Part shown: piece by piece, positions 37,983 to 56,100 of the stretch | Layout: each line of letters opens with the position of its first letter | Numbering within the stretch: the first letter of the stretch is position 1 | Source of the DNA: Felis catus | Taxonomy: Eukaryota | Length of the DNA stretch: 64,000 nt | Assembly (NCBI RefSeq): GCF_018350175.1 | Contig: NC_058383.1 | Location: forward strand, 8,060,001 to 8,124,000 | Reading direction: 5' to 3' | The notes under the pieces: model-generated | What the model saw: the letters and a program-made list of their open reading frames with translations, nothing else | The model's database searches: none | What the model was told of the DNA's origin: nothing | Translations under genes and position numbers: made by a program

Positions 37983-39534
37983 CTAGACAAAGGTGAGGTG
38001 AGTTGAGGCAGGGACGCCACAGGTTTCCTTGTGCTCCTCAAACAGTGTCTCCAGAGCCTGCATGTAGAGCGTGTGGTAGTGGCTGACCTCCTCCTCGGTG
38101 GGGCAGAGGATCCGGGGCACCGGAATGGGGCGGCCCACTGCAGGGAGAGGGCAGACGGGGTGAGGTGCGGGATTGCCCGTACAGCTGACGGCCGCTCTCC
38201 TCCCCCCCCCCCCCCCCCCGAGACGGGCGCTCACCCACGGTGGTGATGGGCCTGGCAAAGGGCAGCAGGCCCCAGGAGTTGGCCGAGAAGAGTCCGCGAC
38301 CCCAGAAGATGCAAGGCGAGTAGCTCGTGAGCTTCTTGAAGGCAACCTGGCACAGGTATTGCCAGGAGCCGGGGGCAAAAGCCTTCAGATGGAAGATATC
38401 ATTCTCTCCAAAGGAGTACGCGGGCACCAGGGAGGCGCTGAGCAGGGACAGCAAGAGAGAGGAGGCGTGTTCGGGCCAGCGGCTCTCGGGGAGCCCCCAG
38501 ACGGGGCTGCAAATCCCTCCCACGCCTGGCTCCCCTTCCCGAGGCCTTTTCGAGCAAATGACCAAGAAAGATCTGGAAGAAAGGACTCACAATTCTTGAG
38601 AAATGATTGCGTACCGGGCCTTCCTCCCCAGCTGAGCCTCGAACCACATGGCGCTTAGGGGGCCCTGACCCCCCACCCTGGTACAGACAAAACTCCTCAT
38701 ACAGCTGCCCCAAAACTCAAGTCCGAACGGCATGACCGGTGACACGAACAGTCGATTAACACACACTTGTACCTGTTCTTTCTACTGGATTTTTACCATA
38801 AAGTGAGCTAGAGGAAAGAAAGTGCTATTAAGGGGCGCCCGGGGGGCTCAGCCGGTTGAGCGTCCAACTTTGGCTCAGGTCATGATCTCACTGTTTGTGA
38901 GTTCAAGCCCCGCACTGGGTTCTCAGCTGTCAGCACGGAGCCTGCTTCGGATCTTCTGTCCCCCTCCATGGCTGCACCTCCCCTGCTCTCGCTCTCTCAA
39001 AATAAATAAATAAACTTAAAAAAATGTTTTAAAAATACCCATGCAGAGGGGACCCGTGCAGCTCAAACCTGTGTTGTTCAAGAGTCGACTGTACACATTT
39101 TCTTATCTAATCTTTGCAACCACAATATCGTTGTAAAATTAGGGATTAGTCCTATTTCGCAAGTAAAGAAACATGTCCGAGGTCTCGCCTTTGAGGTAGA
39201 GTCAGAAAGGGATTTGAACCCGGGGCTTCTGAGCACAAGGTCCTGCTACTCGAGCTATGATCCTGCCTCTTTCAGAGAGGGAAGACTGGCCGAAAGTGGA
39301 TATGGTGTTGAAACAGAGAAAACCCTCAAGTGTTGACATGAGAGGGGGTGCCGGCCGGGGCGGATGGTGGGGGGGTGCTCAGTCTGTTGAGCCCCCGACT
39401 TCAGCTCAGGTCACAATCTGGAGGCTTGTGAGTTCAAACCCCGCGTCGGGCTCTATGCAGACAGCTCAGAGCCTGGAGCCTGCTTCGGATTCTGTGTCTC
39501 TGTCTCTCTCTGCCCCTTCCTCACTCACACTGTC

Positions 39535-39586
<52 letters not shown>

Positions 39587-41295
39587 TCTCTCAAAAATAA
39601 ATAAACATTAAAAAAAAAAGTGCTGACATGAGAAGCCAATACGCAGGGCACAGTGTGGGCTCTGGGGACACAGAGGCCCAGCTACAGGGACCTGGATATG
39701 TAGGGACAGAGAGCGTGGGCCCCCAGATGCAATGCAAAATTCACCAGCACCCCCGGGCTGGGCACTTGCGCCCCACTCACCCGTGTCTCAGTGCCAGGCG
39801 CACGAAGCCTTTGCGATTCCGCAGAACGAGGTGGTGCGTCCCTGGGATTGCATACAGGGCCTCCTGGGCGCCCCCAATTATGATGACCACAGCCTGCCCT
39901 GGCTGGGGCTGAGAGAGAATAAAGTCCAGGCTCCTCTGATTCACAGAACAAATTCCTGCATGCATGTCGAGGTGGGGAGCAATCACCACGGGCTCCCGGG
40001 CTGCCTGGCCCCTCGCTCACCCTTTTGGCGCGTGAGCCCCACACCCCCATTCCTTCGAAGTCTGCTGTCCCGTGCCCGTGTCAGTGTGACCTATAGTGCC
40101 TCTCCCCGCAAGGAGGCAGGACACTTGCCCCAAAGCTACTCCTTGCCACCTACTGTGAGCCCGGCCAACATTACCGCTGGGTGCCAGGCCTGGCTTCATC
40201 TTCCACTTCCCAATCAGCTGGCCGGGTGGGAGGCAGTCTGCCTCGGGTGGGGGAGGGGCGCCTCACCGTAGGACGAGACATAGTCTCGGTAGATCGGGAA
40301 GTAGAAGATGAAGCTCAGTCCCACCGACGTGAGCCGAATCCCGGGGAAGTGCTTGGAGAAGCCGTTCATCTCCGTGTTGAAATTAGTGAAAATTCCCACG
40401 CTCATGATCCCGTGTGGGTGACCACCGATCACATAGTTCCGGTCCGGGGGCAGCTCTGCTGTTTTCACCAGCTTGGGGGCGTCGGGCAGGAGGAGGAGGA
40501 AGAGGCGTGGACGGCAAGAGAGCAGATGAAAAGAGTCTCCCTCCACCCCAAGCAGGCTTCAGAGTTCAAGGTCCTCCCTGGGCCAACAGCAGGGGCGGGG
40601 GCTACTCTGGAACACCATTCGGCCCCCCTTCCGCATGCCCCATTGTCTGAGTTTAGAAAGCCCAGGGGTGCATAGGCAGGGGTGAGCGGGTGTGGGGGGT
40701 GAGGGTGGGGGGAGAGGGAGGAGGCAGAGAGTCTCTGTGGATGGTGACCTCTCACCTTGACCGGAAAATAATCCCTTAGCTCTTTCCACATACTCCAGGT
40801 TTTCATGAAAGCAAAGCGCCTTCCACCTTGGGGCAGAGAGGTGGGTGGAAGAACGCCTGGGGCGCTCAGCCACCTTTCTTCCTCCCCCAGTGCAAGTCCC
40901 GCCGCGCTCACCTCGGTTGGGAGTGTCCCAGTCCAGGAAGAACCACACCAAGTAGAGCACAGAGAAAGACCAGAGTGGAGTGAAGAGGAGGAAGAGGAGG
41001 AGAAGGGAGAAGAAAGGACCTGGGTGAAAGATGAGAAAGAAAAGTCACTTCGCTTTTGAAGCTGGGCCATCGCACCCAGCGCCTGCTCTCCTCCCCGCTC
41101 CGATCGCCCTGGTGCAGCCAGCCACCTCTGGCTCTCTCCTGCTCCCTTTGCAAGGGGGGCTCTAGCTTTCCTGCCCCCCCTCCCTGCTCTCCTTGGGGAC
41201 CGCAGGCCAGCAGGCCTCTCACCCATGAAGAGGAAAGACAGCACGAATTGGTAGGCGCTTATTGCTTCCCGCCACTGCTTCCGCACGGTTTTCAT
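37983..41295 (-). CDS. MOGAT3: 2-acylglycerol O-acyltransferase 3 (329 aa)
   Basis: Exons 41295-41223, 41019-40912, 40826-40756, 40471-40267, 39955-39781, 38437-38235, 38137-37983; all GT-AG; 990 nt; DGAT2-family motifs YFP, HPHG, GGAQEAL, RKGFVRLAL and FGEND intact; ends ...GVPASTHLTFV*. Confidence 0.95.
38750..39093. mobile_element. Tigger2-like DNA transposon fragment with a SINE (38831-39024) in MOGAT3 intron 5
   Basis: TIR-like GTGTTGTTCAAGAGTCGACTG followed by TA near 39071-39093. Confidence 0.55.
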
Positions 41296-41518
41296 GGCGA
41301 GGCGCAGCGGGGGCGTCGGAGACTCCTCTGCCAGTAGCTCCCCTCTGCCAGCGGGGCTCCAGGCGCCCGAGCACAAACCAGGAAGGTTTGGGCACCGACG
41401 GGATGGCTTTCTCCCGAGAAGGCCAAGCCCTCGGGGCCCCCTCGGAACCGCGGGTGTGTTGTGCGCGTTTGTGGAGTGCACTGGGGAGATCTTGGATCCG
41501 AAGCGCCAGTCTCCAGCA

Positions 41519-41531
41519 TGATCTTTGAACT
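41519..41531 (-). promoter_or_regulatory. DR1/HNF4A-type site upstream of MOGAT3
   Basis: AGTTCA-A-AGATCA on the minus strand, about 225 bp upstream of the ATG of an enterocyte/liver gene. Confidence 0.5.
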
Positions 41532-41852
41532 TGCAAGGAGGTCCTCGGGGTGGAGGTGGGAGGCGACAGGAAGTGTGCGAGGGAGGTGGGGCGTCGGTTG
41601 TGGAAAGGAGTCTCAGGAGAAGCTGGGGAGCCCGCCGACTGGGCCCCCGCCGCCGGCCCGCCGTGGCCAGAAGCCCCCGCCGAGGCCGTGCGCTCTCCAA
41701 GCGCGCGTCCCGGAGAGCAGGTCTCCGGGGGTGTCAAGGTCATCCGGAGGCACTGCCGCGCAGGAACACGCACGAACACGCACACGTTGCGGCTCTGTTC
41801 CCACGTTTAATTTCCCTCCCCTCCCCAAGTCGCCGCGGGGACCTGCGTGCCC

Positions 41853-43654
41853 TGGGGAAGGCGAGGGGCGGGTGGGCGGGGAAGGCGCAGCGCGCCTTGT
41901 GCTCCTGGAACAGCTGCGTGAGCCTCTCCACCTAGAGCGCGGGCAGCGCGTCCACCTGCGCCCCGCTGGGCCGCGAGCAACGGACGGCAGGATTGGGGGG
42001 TGGGGCGGTGGGGGGGGGCACTGCGGGCAGAACGGGAGGTGAGAGGGGCGGTCGCTGGCTCCCTCATCCCGTCCCCTTCCCGCCCACCCGCCCGACGGTG
42101 AGGGACGGAGTTCAGGCCCGGAGCAGTCGCCTAAGGCCAGCCTGTGGGGGAGGGGGGTGGGTGGAGCCGGCGCGGCAGAGGTGCGGCCCGCAGCCGGGGA
42201 CCTTCACCTCCCGGAGCTGGGAGCGCGCGGGGCCCGAGCTCCGGGGGGGAGCCGGTGCGCGGGCGGGGGGAGGAGTGGGCCGAGGCCGGGGCTCCCCGCC
42301 GGTGCCGGGGGGCGTGCGAAAGGGCGGGAGGAGACGCAGGCACCCGTGGAACAGCCTCAGGGCGACCCTCAGCAGCGGCCTCGGCGCCTCCTGCGCTCTC
42401 AGCGCCAAGAGCCCGGAGGGCTCGGGAACTGCTGGAAGAGCTGGTTCTCCCCGAGAGAGAAGACAGGCCCCAGGAGAGCGAGGGGGCATGCCTGACTCTG
42501 AGTCCCTCACCCTCCCACCCCCCACCCCCATCCCTGACCGGGGCCGGCCCTCTGCACTCCTCCCGGACAGGGCAGCCCGCGGGTGTCCCGCCCGGCCACT
42601 GGCCGCTTCCTCAGTGCCAACTTGACAAACCCCTTCTGATTCCGGATCCGCAAGGTTAGCGCACTCGCTTTGGGGTCCAGCGCTTCCAGGGGCCCTCCCG
42701 CGGCCAGGACTGCCACCTGGCCGACCTCAGGCCGGGACAGCAGATAGGCGGCGCTGGCCTTGTCAGAGGACAGCAAACCTGGGGTGAGGGCAGAGGCAGG
42801 GGGCCTGATGCCTGGGTCCTTGAGAAAAGGGGTAGGAGGACACCAGGCAGGTAGAGCTGGGACCCAGAGGCCCCCCCCCCCACGCCCCAGGGCAGGAGGT
42901 TGAAGTAGGAGTCGCCAGCTAGGACTGGGGGGTGCTGAGGCTGACCTGCCCCCTCCTCACCACTACACATGGTGTAGTCCCGGAAGCTAGGGAGGTGGAA
43001 CCAACCTGACAGCCTGAGCAGGTGCGGCCAGAGGCCTGGAAAGAGGCCCAAGAAGCCCGTGGTCTCTGTGCAGAAGTTGCTGGCTTCTGCAGGGAACATA
43101 CCCCCATCCTGGCAGTGAGATCAGACTTTCAGGGGTGACCAGAGAAGAGTCGGTTCCAAAGCCTTGCCCCCACGCGGCACACTGTTCCTGGGTGCCCCTC
43201 ACCAAGACAGGAAAGCCATCTTGGAAATGTCTCCAGATGGCCCAGTTGCCCACCCAGGCAGAGCAGTGGCCTCCTGCGTGTGGCCAGTCCCTGTCTCCAG
43301 AGAGCCAGACCAGGTAGAGGAGGGCTAAGATCCAGGCTCTGCCTAGGATCGCGGGGATGAGTGCGGCCGGGCACACCTGGGCTGTAGAATGGAGCGGCAG
43401 GGGGTGATACTCAGGACCCCCTCTTGCCTGTTGCATGGTTTCAGGCCCTTCTGTCCCGGCTCATTCCTTCTATGCCTTCAAGGGCCCCCAGAGATCCCGG
43501 CCCTGCCTCCCTCCTGGAAAGGGGAAAGTGGGTGCCAGATGCTGGGACTCACTCACCGAGCCCCAAAAGAAGATCCGCTGAAGGACGGCCACCGCTTGGA
43601 GACCCTGCAGGAGGCCGGCACGCTGTGGAGGGGTGATCCCACAGGGGCTGCCAT
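41853..43654 (-). pseudogene. DGAT2L7P: DGAT2/MOGAT-family pseudogene (MOGAT1/2-like; positional orthologue of human DGAT2L7P)
   Basis: Six exon remnants: 43654-43557, 43381-43203, ~43105-42961 (NFCTETTGFLGLFPGLWPHLL..FRDY), 42778-42604 (GGPLEAL..RNQKGFVKLAL), ~42475-42297 (SLGENQLF..LFHG), 42020-~41853 (LFQEHK). HPHG absent; frameshifts; TGA 42399-42401; TAG 41932-41934; altered donors; ATTAAA at 41806-41811. Confidence 0.85.
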
Positions 43655-45266
43655 GGGCTCTTAAGTACTCTCCTCATGGTCCAGCCCACCAGCCCTGGCC
43701 CTTGGTCCTGGTTCGGCCCGTTTCCACCCTCTTTGCTGCACACTGTACCCTTGTGAGCCCCAGGATGAAGAGTTAACCACTCTGTGAACCCAATAGGACC
43801 TCCTGTGAACCCAATAGGTCACTCCTGTGACCAATAGGACCAAACAGAAATGCCCAGGAGTGTGGCCAGGAGCCTGGGGGTGAGGAAGGTGTTTGGGCCT
43901 TGGGCCTTTGTGAATAGCCAGGCTGACAGAGGTCTGGGAAAGCGGGTATCACCAATGGCAGAGCTCCCCACACGAGTGAGAACAGTTAGAAAACTCTTTA
44001 GTAGCCCTGGCCGGCCCCTAAGGAGTAGCTCAGGCCTCCATGGGGGAGACATCCCAGAGGGAAGGGTTTTTTGGCAAAGGCCAATGATTGGTGAGCCCCG
44101 AAGAGCACACCCTCCAAGGGTGCCTCACATTGCCATGGTCCTCCCCCCAACACTGGCCAGAGCTGTGGACTGCTAGCTTCTCCAGGTCAGGGAATGACAC
44201 TTCTTAAATTAAGAAAAAAAATTTTTTTAGTGTTTATTTGTTTTTGAGAGAGAGAGAGAGAGAGACAGAGACACAGAATCTGAAGCAGGCTCCAGGCCCT
44301 GAGCTGTCAGCACAGAGCCTGACACGGGGCTCGAACTCACAAACCGTGAGGTCGTGACCTGAGCTGAAGTCGGACGCTCAACCGACTGAGCCACCCAGGC
44401 GTCCCAGGAATATCACTTCTTTAGAAGAGTCTGACACAGGCCCCATTCGGTGCCTCTATCACTCGCTCGCTCTCCTAGCATAAAAGACGTTCCCACTTTC
44501 ATCCCTCATGGTGATTTTCTGACTGAGGTCTCCCCCAGGCTGTAAGCAACCAGAAGACAGGTCTGGTTCCCATCAGCACAGCTGACAAGTGCCCAGCAGA
44601 TAGGGGGTGCTCAGTGCACGAGACAGGATGAACCAGCGTCTTCCAGTGCCACAGACTGACACATCGTTTCTGTCCCTGTCCCCTGATTCACTCTCGTGCG
44701 GGTTTCCCCCTCCAGGGACCTCACCAGGAGGTATTTTCTCCCGTCCTTACTCAGCCGTCTTCCGTCTGCAGGGAGACCGGGGGGGAGATGTGCTGAGAAG
44801 TATGGCCAGAGAGATGCTCAGTCCACATGGAGGGGTGACCAGCCCCACCCATCAAGAAGGCAGGCTTGGGGCGCCAGGGTGGTTCAGTCGGTTAAGCGTT
44901 CGACTTCGGCTCAGGTCACGATCTCGCGTTGGTGGGTTCGAACCCGGCATTGGGTTCTGTGCTGACAGCTCGGAGCCTGGAGCCTGCTTCGGATTCTGTG
45001 TCTCCCTCTCTCTCTGCCCTTCCCCCCACTTGCGCTCTGTCTCTCAAAATAAAGAAAATAAAACATTAAAAAAAAAAGAGGCGGGGGGAGACAGATACGG
45101 GATCCACGGAAGTTTCCAGGTTCCCACACTGCTCTACCATCTGCTTCTGCCTTTTCCTCTTCTCTGGTGTTTGTCTTTGGCGTCCCCTCTTCTCTGGTGG
45201 CAGGAGGGATCTGGGGTCAGTAGGGAGGCGAGAGACTTACAGGGACTCAAGGCTTACAAATCCTCC

Positions 45267-45272
45267 TTTATT
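45267..45272 (-). terminator. PLOD3 polyadenylation signal
   Basis: TTTATT on the + strand, 270 nt after the stop. Confidence 0.8.
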
Positions 45273-45542
45273 GAGAGGGTGAGAAACAATAATTTATCAC
45301 ACGGGGAGCCCTCAAAGCCTTCTCCCCAGGGGTCCTTGGGGACTGTGGGGAGGGGCAAGGGGGGGGCTCCAGGAGCTTCCTGAGAGGGCCGCGTGTTGGG
45401 GGAGGGGGGGAGGCGACACATTCAGTCCCAGGCACACCGAACATCCGCTCAGGAAGCGAGGCGCCAGACAGACCCCCTTCCACGGAGGGGGCCCCCCCGG
45501 GAAGGCACAGCGGCAGGGCAGGTCTGGCAGAGTGGTTGAGTG

Positions 45543-52119
<6,577 letters not shown>

Positions 52120-53131
52120 GGCGAGGAGCCGGCAGAGAAGGCACAGAGGCCCGCAGGGCGCCTGGGCTGTGCGCCTGGATCCCAACTCCGGGGAGGGGCT
52201 GTGGGCAGAGGGACCGGGGCTGCCTTGCGGCCCGCTGTGAGGAGGTACAGGGCTCGGGCTCCGCCCTGGAAAAAAGGCGTAGCCCGAGGCTACTGAAAAC
52301 TCGAGAAGCCGGCGCCGTAGACAAGGCGAGGATTGTCCCCGGGCGTGAGCGCGCGGGCTGCACGGAGCCAGCAGAGGGGGCGCCCGGCCGGGAGGCGGGG
52401 GCTCGGGCCGGCGGTCGCGAGCCGAGGACTTCGGTCTGAGCCAGCCCGGCCCAGCGCCGCCTGACACACGAGGAAACTGAAACCCGGAGAGGGGAAGTGA
52501 CCCCCAGCAGGTCCGGCGGGATGCGGAGGCGGGTCTTTGCCACAGCTCTGCCGGGAGCGGCTGGGCGGAAGGCCGGGCGAGCACGGCGTGGGGGCGCTCG
52601 GAGCGGGGACGAGCGGAGCAGCGGGCGGCAAGGAGGGAGAAGGCCGAGGAGTCTGCGGCGCCAGGGGCGCAGGGGGTTGAGGTTTCGGCAGAGGGTCACC
52701 AAGGGCCTCTCGGATTGCCCACTCAAGCCTACGCACTCTCTTTGGTAGTCCAGCCCATCATCTCTGCCGCCCCGGGAAGAATCTCCAGGGACTGCCTTTG
52801 TGATGGTGGCATCTTCAGAAGGACGACGAAAGGGAAATAACATTTCTCAAAAGACCACTGGTACCACCTCTTTAAAATGATCCACGTAGGGGACCCCACA
52901 AAATACACAGCCACCCTGAGGCCGGAAGTGGTTTTGCCCCTATAAAATATGGCGGAAAGCTTTCTGGTCTCCTAGGGAACATCACGTAATGGGTGGAAGC
53001 TTTGGGAATTCTAGTGGGATAATTCTGCGCACGCGCAAAAGCACGCGCTGCCGGAAGTGATGACACGCCTTCCACAGCGGGTGCTTTAGCACGCGTGCGC
53101 AGGAGGCTCTTCCGTCAGCTGTGTTGTGGAA

Positions 53132-56100
53132 ATGGTGGAGAAGAAAACTTCGGGTAGGTGAGCCCCGGGCGGTTGGCCCCTTACCGCCTCCCGAATCCGA
53201 ACCTGGCCTAGGATGTTCTCAGCCAGTTATTAGTCTCAAATCCCTTCCCCGGCGCTCGGGCCCTGGCGTCGGGGTCGCTCCTCAGACCATCCATTCATGT
53301 TTAATTGATGCCTGCCTGCTCCACGTCGGGCGCCTGGGTTGGAGAGAGGAAAAAGATCCCTATCGTCCCCAAACTGCCTTTCTGGGAGGGGAACAGACAC
53401 GCAGGCCTGCCACTGCACTTCAGAGTGATACGTGCGATGGCAGAGGGGAGCACAGCTCCTGGACGCGGGGAGGAGTGGCACCTAACCTAGCTTCTGGGAT
53501 GGAGGGCACCGGGAAGGGGGCGGGGGAAAACGCTTGGATGGAGGCTTGAAAGTCGGGTTAAGGTTTCACTCGGTGCAGTTGCGCCGAGGCTCATTCCCGG
53601 CAGCGTGAACCGCGCGTGCAAAGGCAGGAAAGCAAGAGAAAGCAAGTCGCTTGGGGAGCCAAGTTCACAGTTCGGGGCTTGCGGAGGAATAGCAAGAATA
53701 GTCTGGAGGGTTGGGGAAAGGTACACCTGAAAGGCATCCCATATAGTGCCAGAGAGTTTGAATTCTCTGGAGAGGGCAGTGGGGAATCATTACAGGCTCT
53801 CTTAAAGCAGGGGAGTGACCGAAAGAGATTTATCTTTTAGAGAGGCAGTTCTGGCTTCAGGGCGGAGCAGCGCTGTACGGCGGAACTTTCTAGAATGATG
53901 GGAATGGTCTTACTCAGCACCGTGTAGGATGGCAGCCTTTAGCCACATGTGGCGGTTGAGCATGTGAAATGTGGCTAGTGCCACGGAGGAACTGAATTTT
54001 AAATTTTAAACTTACTTAATCTACAGCATTTAAACAACCACAGGTGAGTAGTGGCTACCCCCTTGTACAGCGCAGGTCTAGAGACTGGAAGGCAATTAAG
54101 GAGCCATTGAGTAGTCCCCACGAGAGATGTGGGTGGAGCAGTCCGCCAGATTGACTTTTTAATGAATCCAATCGTGTCAGCATTTCTTAAACTCTTTGCT
54201 GGATCTCCATTGTTCTCAGTATAACTCCCCAAATCCAAAGTTCTTTAGACACTTACAGGTAAGACTGTTAACAGCGGGCCTGACTTTATAACCACACAGC
54301 ACCCCCTCCCTACGTGCTTTATATTACCAGCCATACTGAACTTTTTATAATTTATTGAAGGCACCACAGTCTGCCATCCAAGCCTTCTCCCGTGCTGGTA
54401 TGAAAGCCTGAAACACCCTTTTCTCTCCCCCAACCAAGGTAACTTCTATTCATTAGTCAGATCTCAACCTAGACTTCTTATTTTCCTCTGGAAAATCTTT
54501 TGACTACCCCAGGGCCAGTTGGGTGTTTCTGGCATGTGCCCCGTAGCACCATGTACTTCCTTGTGCTAACATATCCTGTGCTCTGCTCATTTGTTGGATC
54601 ATTTGTATTCCCCACTAGACTGTAAGCTCATGTATTCCCAGAACCAAGGGCACCGCCTGGTACTTGGGAGGGAGGCAGTATACAGTGATCCAGAGCTGGG
54701 AAGCTCTGCGTTCTTCCCAAGCCACATACCAGCTACATGAGCTTTGGACATGTTTCTTAACCTCTGAACTTTAGTAAACTGGGGATGATAATGATATCTC
54801 TCGCGTTGGGTTGATAAAGAGTTAAAGCTCTCACACAAAGAGCTTAGCATAGCGTCTGGCTCATAGTGCGTGCCCAGTGTTAGCCCCTGGTGCCGATGCT
54901 ATTTATGTTGGTCACAGGCACTCGATAAATATCTGTTCAATGAATAAAGAGATAATTTTGTGTAGAGTTGTGAGACCCTGATAAAGAGCCTAGGTTTCTT
55001 GTTTAGGATGCCTGTGCAGATGGTTCTGTTTACTTAGAGAGTTCAGGAAGAGAAGCAGACTTGGAGGGGAAGATTTAAAATTTGGGGCTGCAGTGCCGAA
55101 GGGGTCATCTCTGATTACTGCTCGAAGCCTGTCATGTGGCCTGCCCTCTCGCCTCTAAGGAGAGGGCTGTCCCCATCTCTTTCTGAGTCTGATCTCTCTT
55201 CCTGGGATTGCAAACCCAAACATAGGGCTGTCTCTCCCAAAAGCAAATGACTCCAAAAAGTGGTTCTCTCGATCCTGAACCTTCTCCTGAGCTCCACAAC
55301 TGGCTGTTCAACTGGTTGCAGGAAGTCAGGTGCTGACCTCACCATTTAATTTTTAAGGTTATTTATTTTGAGAGAGAGACAGAGAGAGAGAGAGAGGAGT
55401 GGGGGCAGAGAGAGAGAGGGAGAGAGAGCATTCCAAGCAGGCTCTGCACTGTCATTACAGAGCCCAACGCGGGGCTTGAACCCACAAACTGTGAGATCAT
55501 GACCTGAGCTGAGATCAAGAGTCGGATGCTTAACTGACTGAACCACCCAGGCGCCCCACTGACCTCACCATTTTAAACCTCTCTCTTCTTACCTACCGGC
55601 TGTTCACTGGGATCAGATAATTCTACACAAAATGTCTCCTTCTTCATTAAACACATTTGCTGAGTGCTTTTCACCATCAGAAAAACCTGAAGTCACATCA
55701 GGGATGCAAATGAAGGGATTCTTTCCACCAGAGGGAAATAGTCAGTAAAGTCTCAGGGTGTAGTAGAAGGAAGATTTTAGAAACACACACTGGATTTGGC
55801 CCAAGGGCATCGCCAGGGTCCTGAGCGTGAGTAGCTCCCACTGAATGGGAGTCATTTTGCTGGGGGTTGAAGAGTGGATGGGAGGTGAGGAAATGAAGCT
55901 TCCCATGGGCGATTCTCTCAAAGATGAGTCTTTGTGAATTTGGGTCAACACGTGAGGGTTTGGCAGGTTTTTCCAGTGAAGGGAAGGTCCCTGTTGGGGA
56001 AGAGGGTTTGAAGATGCAGGAGGGACAGAAGGACCCGAGCTGGAGAAGGAGGGTTGGGTTTAGCAATGGGACTCAGTGGAGGGGTAGGGGGTGCATCCTC

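Noticed and set aside
40465-41700. 411-aa minus-strand ORF over the MOGAT3 5' end
   Set aside because: Chance read-through of GC-rich promoter and introns; only exons 1 and 3 are in this frame, and the spliced model explains the homology
44607-45383. 258-aa ORF downstream of PLOD3
   Set aside because: Runs through a CAN-SINE and an L2-like remnant; typical repeat-derived text
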